A stretch of DNA of 64,000 bases from a virus (taxonomy: Duplodnaviria; Heunggongvirae; Uroviricota; Caudoviricetes). Location of the stretch: the IMG/VR virus record IMGVR_UViG_3300021400_002728, positions 165,154-229,153 of that record; one strand, given 5' to 3'. The stretch's first letter is position 1. Each line of letters starts with the position of its first letter. Position numbers and translations under genes: made by a program. Shown here in pieces: positions 60,253 to 64,000 of this stretch. The notes below the pieces were generated by a model. It worked only from the letters and a program-made list of their open reading frames with translations, ran no database searches and was not told the origin of the DNA.

Positions 60253-60786
60253 TTATTTAATTGAAAATTTTGGATTAACCGCGATCCATAGATCTTTGCC
60301 GTCATTACTTTCAGATTTTTCCCATTTTTCGGCAATAACACCAAATTTTTCTGCCTCTTTAATCATATCTTCTACGCTACTAGCTATATGACTACGGTAA
60401 TGTGCATGATTCGCGGTGTAAAGAATAAGCTCCCACGAATTATAGTCATCATCATAAATAATTCCAGCTTCTGTAAAATGTTCACCGCAATAATCTAAAG
60501 CTATATAGTTTTGTTCAATAAAAAGCTCTACCTGTTGTTGTAATTCTTTTAGGTCATCACCAATTGGTGTATGGTGATCAAAATCAAATGAACTACCATC
60601 TTTTTTAATAACTTTTATTCTTCGATCACGGTCAGTACCACGAATTACGGTAATATACTCATTATCTCCTGAAATAAATGGATATTGTGCTACTTTTAAA
60701 GGACTGTCAGCATGCACTTTAATAATTACTTGATTATCGTCAACTTCTGCTATTGAAAAAATATTGTCTAAGTCATAAGTTCTCAT
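60253..60786 (-). CDS. hypothetical protein
   Basis: ORF with RBS. Confidence 0.65.
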   Translation of the reverse strand: MRTYDLDNIFSIAEVDDNQVIIKVHADSPLKVAQYPFISGDNEYITVIRGTDRDRRIKVIKKDGSSFDFDHHTPIGDDLKELQQQVELFIEQNYIALDYCGEHFTEAGIIYDDDYNSWELILYTANHAHYRSHIASSVEDMIKEAEKFGVIAEKWEKSESNDGKDLWIAVNPKFSIK

Positions 60787-60814
60787 ATTAAATTTCTCCT
60801 TTTCTCATAAATAT

Positions 60815-60866
60815 AAAATGACTTGTCTATTATTAGACAGGCTATTTTTCACATTCATACTATTAT
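60815..60866 (-). repeat. leader element copy 14, truncated by the AAA gene stop codon
   Basis: hairpin and GAATGTGAAAAAT present, CTATTTA half absent. Confidence 0.75.
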
Positions 60867-62006
60867 TTACCATCTATTAGGACCATTTTGTTTTTTCTCA
60901 TCAATTGGATATAAGAAGTCTGCTTTTTTAGCTGAATACTCTTCAGTAAAACCTTTTGTCATATAACTGTTTCGATCATGCCTTGCTATTGCAATAGCAT
61001 CTTCCTCTGTCTCAGCTGCCACATTAGATTTCCAAGTGTATGTAACTTCCCAAACACCAGTATTTGCGTTCGTATCATTATTGTCAGGTATTATTTCATC
61101 TTTCTTCTCTTCAAAGATAGCTTTACCTATAAACTTGATAAGTTCTGGCATTATCTGTCCAGGATTATGATATGTTGTAGCAAGCTCAGCAATGACATTT
61201 TTGTCTATATATTTTTCTGTATCAGTTGCCTTAATATATTGTCTTATCATAGCATTAAGTTCAACTGTAGTCATATTCTTGATCTCATGCTTTATAGAGA
61301 GTCTTCTCATAAGAGCATCATCTACAATATCAAGACGATTTGTAGCTGCAATCAATACTACATGATTAGGTAGTTTGTCAAGTTCCTGCATAATAGAGAT
61401 TGTTGTTCTTTCTAGTTCACCATCTGCTCCTTTGCTACCACCAGAACTTCGCTTTGTAGCTACACAATCAACTTCATCAAGCATCAAAACACATGGAATA
61501 GTATTACAAAACTCGAATACTTTATGAATATTCTTTGCAGTACCACCCATATATGAGTCAATCATAGATGAAAATGATATATAGAAAAATGGCAAGTTGA
61601 GCTTATACGCAATATACTTACCAAGTTCTGTTTTGCCTGTTCCAGATTCTCCATATAAGAGTGTTGTATTCTTATATGGGATATCTCTAAGTGACATTTC
61701 ATCAGCAACATACTTCATCTTTATTATGTCATCAACAATCGCAGATTCGCTTTCTCTAACATAATAGCGATCTGCTTTGAATCCACCAGGAGAACTTCCA
61801 ACAAGGAATGTCTGTATATCACTTGGTAGATTAGACATAAGAATGCTTGCATTACCGACAAGAAGTTTGCGATAATACTTTATCATATCAGCATTTTTCT
61901 TCGATGTATCTTCTGCAAGAGAAGCCATAGCTGCCATTCTTGCTCTGTGTATATCATTTTTTGCTATTGCCTTGATTATCTCAAGATTATTATTTGTAAG
62001 AGCCAT
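60867..62006 (-). CDS. AAA+ ATPase
   Basis: LLYGESGTGKT, LMLDEVD, AATNR..D.AL.RR. Confidence 0.9.
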   Translation of the reverse strand: MALTNNNLEIIKAIAKNDIHRARMAAMASLAEDTSKKNADMIKYYRKLLVGNASILMSNLPSDIQTFLVGSSPGGFKADRYYVRESESAIVDDIIKMKYVADEMSLRDIPYKNTTLLYGESGTGKTELGKYIAYKLNLPFFYISFSSMIDSYMGGTAKNIHKVFEFCNTIPCVLMLDEVDCVATKRSSGGSKGADGELERTTISIMQELDKLPNHVVLIAATNRLDIVDDALMRRLSIKHEIKNMTTVELNAMIRQYIKATDTEKYIDKNVIAELATTYHNPGQIMPELIKFIGKAIFEEKKDEIIPDNNDTNANTGVWEVTYTWKSNVAAETEEDAIAIARHDRNSYMTKGFTEEYSAKKADFLYPIDEKKQNGPNRW

Positions 62007-62079
62007 ATATTTCTCCTATACTACAATCTGACATATAAAATAATATGTCATAAATTATTGTTAAATTTCCACACTTATT

Positions 62080-62637
62080 TCATGAAGCTTTTAATTTATA
62101 TGTCGGATGATTTCTATGCATAGTATCATCTATAAAATACTGATTATAATCTCCAGTGGCTTCAAGCATTTCTCTAGTAACTACATCAAAATACTTAATT
62201 AGTTCAGCTAAAGTGTCATCTTTCTGATTATACATTAAACGTTCAAATTTATGATTTAATTGTTCATTTATAGGTCGATTAACTAATAATCTTCCCCAAC
62301 CTTCTATATCATTACAATTAAACTCACCTTGTTTAAATGAAAAATCAAATAATTCATCATAACTAGAATGTTTTCTATAGTTCTTTACAATTTTGCTAAC
62401 AATTCGTTCAATATATTGTTTAGATTTAGGACTATAAGGCTTAACTTTACGCTTTTTCATTAGAGGTTTAACGATTGGCTTAAGCAAAAATAGAATTAAA
62501 CACAAAACCCAACATACAGGTCCAGCTATAATAATGTCAAGAGTCTCAACGATATAATAACCAGAACTGTCTTTATATAAGGTTACAATCGTTAAAATCA
62601 ACGAATAGATCAAAATCGTAATTATTACTTGCAGCAT
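62080..62637 (-). CDS. hypothetical membrane protein
   Basis: two N-terminal TM segments. Confidence 0.65.
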   Translation of the reverse strand: MLQVIITILIYSLILTIVTLYKDSSGYYIVETLDIIIAGPVCWVLCLILFLLKPIVKPLMKKRKVKPYSPKSKQYIERIVSKIVKNYRKHSSYDELFDFSFKQGEFNCNDIEGWGRLLVNRPINEQLNHKFERLMYNQKDDTLAELIKYFDVVTREMLEATGDYNQYFIDDTMHRNHPTYKLKAS

Positions 62638-62666
62638 CTAAATTAGTCCTTTCTAAATACTTAAAT

Positions 62667-62725
62667 AAAATGACCTGCCTAAAAGACAAGTCATTTTTCA
62701 CATTCACACTATTAATAATAAATAG
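62667..62725 (-). repeat. leader element copy 15
   Basis: matches consensus. Confidence 0.85.
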
Positions 62726-62767
62726 TTTTTCTTATATTTAGTTTACATAAATTAATGTTTATTTGAT

Positions 62768-63316
62768 TTATGCTATTAAAGAAGAAATATGATATCCTCT
62801 AACAAAATCATATGTTTCTTCAACATTTAAAAGTGTTTTAGCTGTATCTTCAACAAAAATTATTTCTTTATTGTGCTTATTATAAATTTCTTTTAACTTT
62901 TCCAGTTTTTCTTTTGAATTTCTGACATGAATAACATTTTCTTCTTTTACCGTTGGAAAAAATTTTTTTATAGCTTTATTTTTTCCTTTTTCAACATTTT
63001 CTTGTGTTACTGTTAAAATATAAACATCTTCTTCATATAATTCATTTAATATATATTGCATTGTTTTAGGAATCTTAACGTTTTCATAAATATTATTTAA
63101 CTTTGAATACTCATTTATATCGTCATCCTTACAAGGAAGAAGTCTATCAGTTGCATAATCAAAATGTGTTAATGTTCCATCAAAATCAAATACAACTGTT
63201 TTAAATTTTAATAAAGATATAAGGTTCAAAACATTTCTTATATATTCGTCTTTTAAGCTAGATATATCAATATCATTTAACATCCTTCCAGCGTTCATAA
63301 TATTATCGCCAAACAT
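62768..63316 (-). CDS. HAD-superfamily hydrolase
   Basis: VFDFDGTL, ILT, K, FVED. Confidence 0.8.
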   Translation of the reverse strand: MFGDNIMNAGRMLNDIDISSLKDEYIRNVLNLISLLKFKTVVFDFDGTLTHFDYATDRLLPCKDDDINEYSKLNNIYENVKIPKTMQYILNELYEEDVYILTVTQENVEKGKNKAIKKFFPTVKEENVIHVRNSKEKLEKLKEIYNKHNKEIIFVEDTAKTLLNVEETYDFVRGYHISSLIA

Positions 63317-63405
63317 ATATTAAGCCTACTTTCTTTTAGAATAACTTTGATAAAACACTTTTTATAATATATAAGTTATTCTACATATAAAATTAGTTTT
63401 TTCTT

Positions 63406-64000
63406 TTATATAATAAACACTTGAATTGACTCATATTCTTTCTTTTGATTACCGTCTTTTCTAGTAAAATGACTAGATTTCTGTTGTAAAATAATCTCTT
63501 CTACAAAAGAATAACCTAAATCCAAGATTTGTTTATTCATATCTTTCTTAAATCTTTGATTGATTTGATAAGCAACTATCTTACAATCAGATTTCTGAAT
63601 AACTGATTTCCACCAAGTTAAAAACTCTTCATAAGAAAGATTCTCTGCACCATTATCAGTATAGATTTCAGTATTCCAATATGGTGGACAAGTAAATAAT
63701 ATATTACTAGTAAAGCTACCTTTACTTGAATCCCCATACTTAACTGTAGCATTGATATTATACTTATCAATCAAAGTATTAAGACCTTCCACAACATTAT
63801 CATTTATATCAAATCCTAAATATCTGATTCCATATTGATGACAAGTAAGCAGTCTCTCACCCCAACCAGAACAAGGGTCATATATAGTAGAAGGCTTATA
63901 TTTTTCAATAAACTGTATCATACCAGTATTATCAAATGTACTATACTTTCTAAGTTTACCAGAAATACTAAGTCCATTTAATAAGGCAAGATTAGAAAGT
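63406..64000 (-). CDS. DNA amino-methyltransferase-like protein, 5' end beyond window
   Basis: IYDPCSGWGERL (SAM-binding), FTCPPY; frame open to window edge. Confidence 0.75.
   Translation of the reverse strand, partial: LSNLALLNGLSISGKLRKYSTFDNTGMIQFIEKYKPSTIYDPCSGWGERLLTCHQYGIRYLGFDINDNVVEGLNTLIDKYNINATVKYGDSSKGSFTSNILFTCPPYWNTEIYTDNGAENLSYEEFLTWWKSVIQKSDCKIVAYQINQRFKKDMNKQILDLGYSFVEEIILQQKSSHFTRKDGNQKKEYESIQVFII

Noticed and set aside
1385-61373. Plus-strand ORFs and nested alternative-frame minus ORFs in the track
   Set aside because: They are shadows of RBS-supported minus-strand genes, with atypical composition and no motifs.
12301-62725. CRISPR array or integron attC sites
   Set aside because: Copies are kilobases apart and variable, lack RYYYAAC/GTTRRRY ends, and no cas or integrase gene is visible.

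Overview
AT-rich 64 kb segment densely packed with short, almost exclusively minus-strand genes that have strong GGAGG ribosome-binding sites and sigmaA-type promoters. It is most consistent with the accessory/early region of a very large phage (or phage-like megaplasmid) of a Firmicutes host. No virion genes, tRNAs, rRNAs or CRISPR arrays are visible. Recognisable products: divergent adenylosuccinate synthetase with a vWA protein, VirB4-like and FtsK-like ATPases, CoiA-like nuclease, ADP-ribosylglycohydrolase, RuvC-like resolvase, PIN-PhoH, ClpP, MscS, radical SAM, AAA+ ATPase, HAD hydrolase and a DNA methylase. Main structure not shown by the ORF track: (1) two ORF-less group II introns (4310-4972, 14306-14929) whose removal restores reading frames; (2) all four free-standing homing endonuclease genes are flanked by a diverged duplicate of the terminus of the neighbouring gene, and in two cases the group II intron sits in or at the edge of that duplicated segment; (3) an FtsK-like ATPase split into pieces 15 kb apart, one ending in an intein-like N-terminal 12-mer and the other starting with a THN|C intein-like C-terminus; (4) 15 copies of an intergenic motif plus RNA hairpin leader element; (5) six paralogues sharing an N-terminal RxxxFETNSSS motif, clustered around a radical SAM gene. 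Four genes carry frameshifts or in-frame stops and a fifth (the FtsK C-piece) an in-frame TAG; these may be assembly errors. All functional calls come from motif recognition, not database searches.
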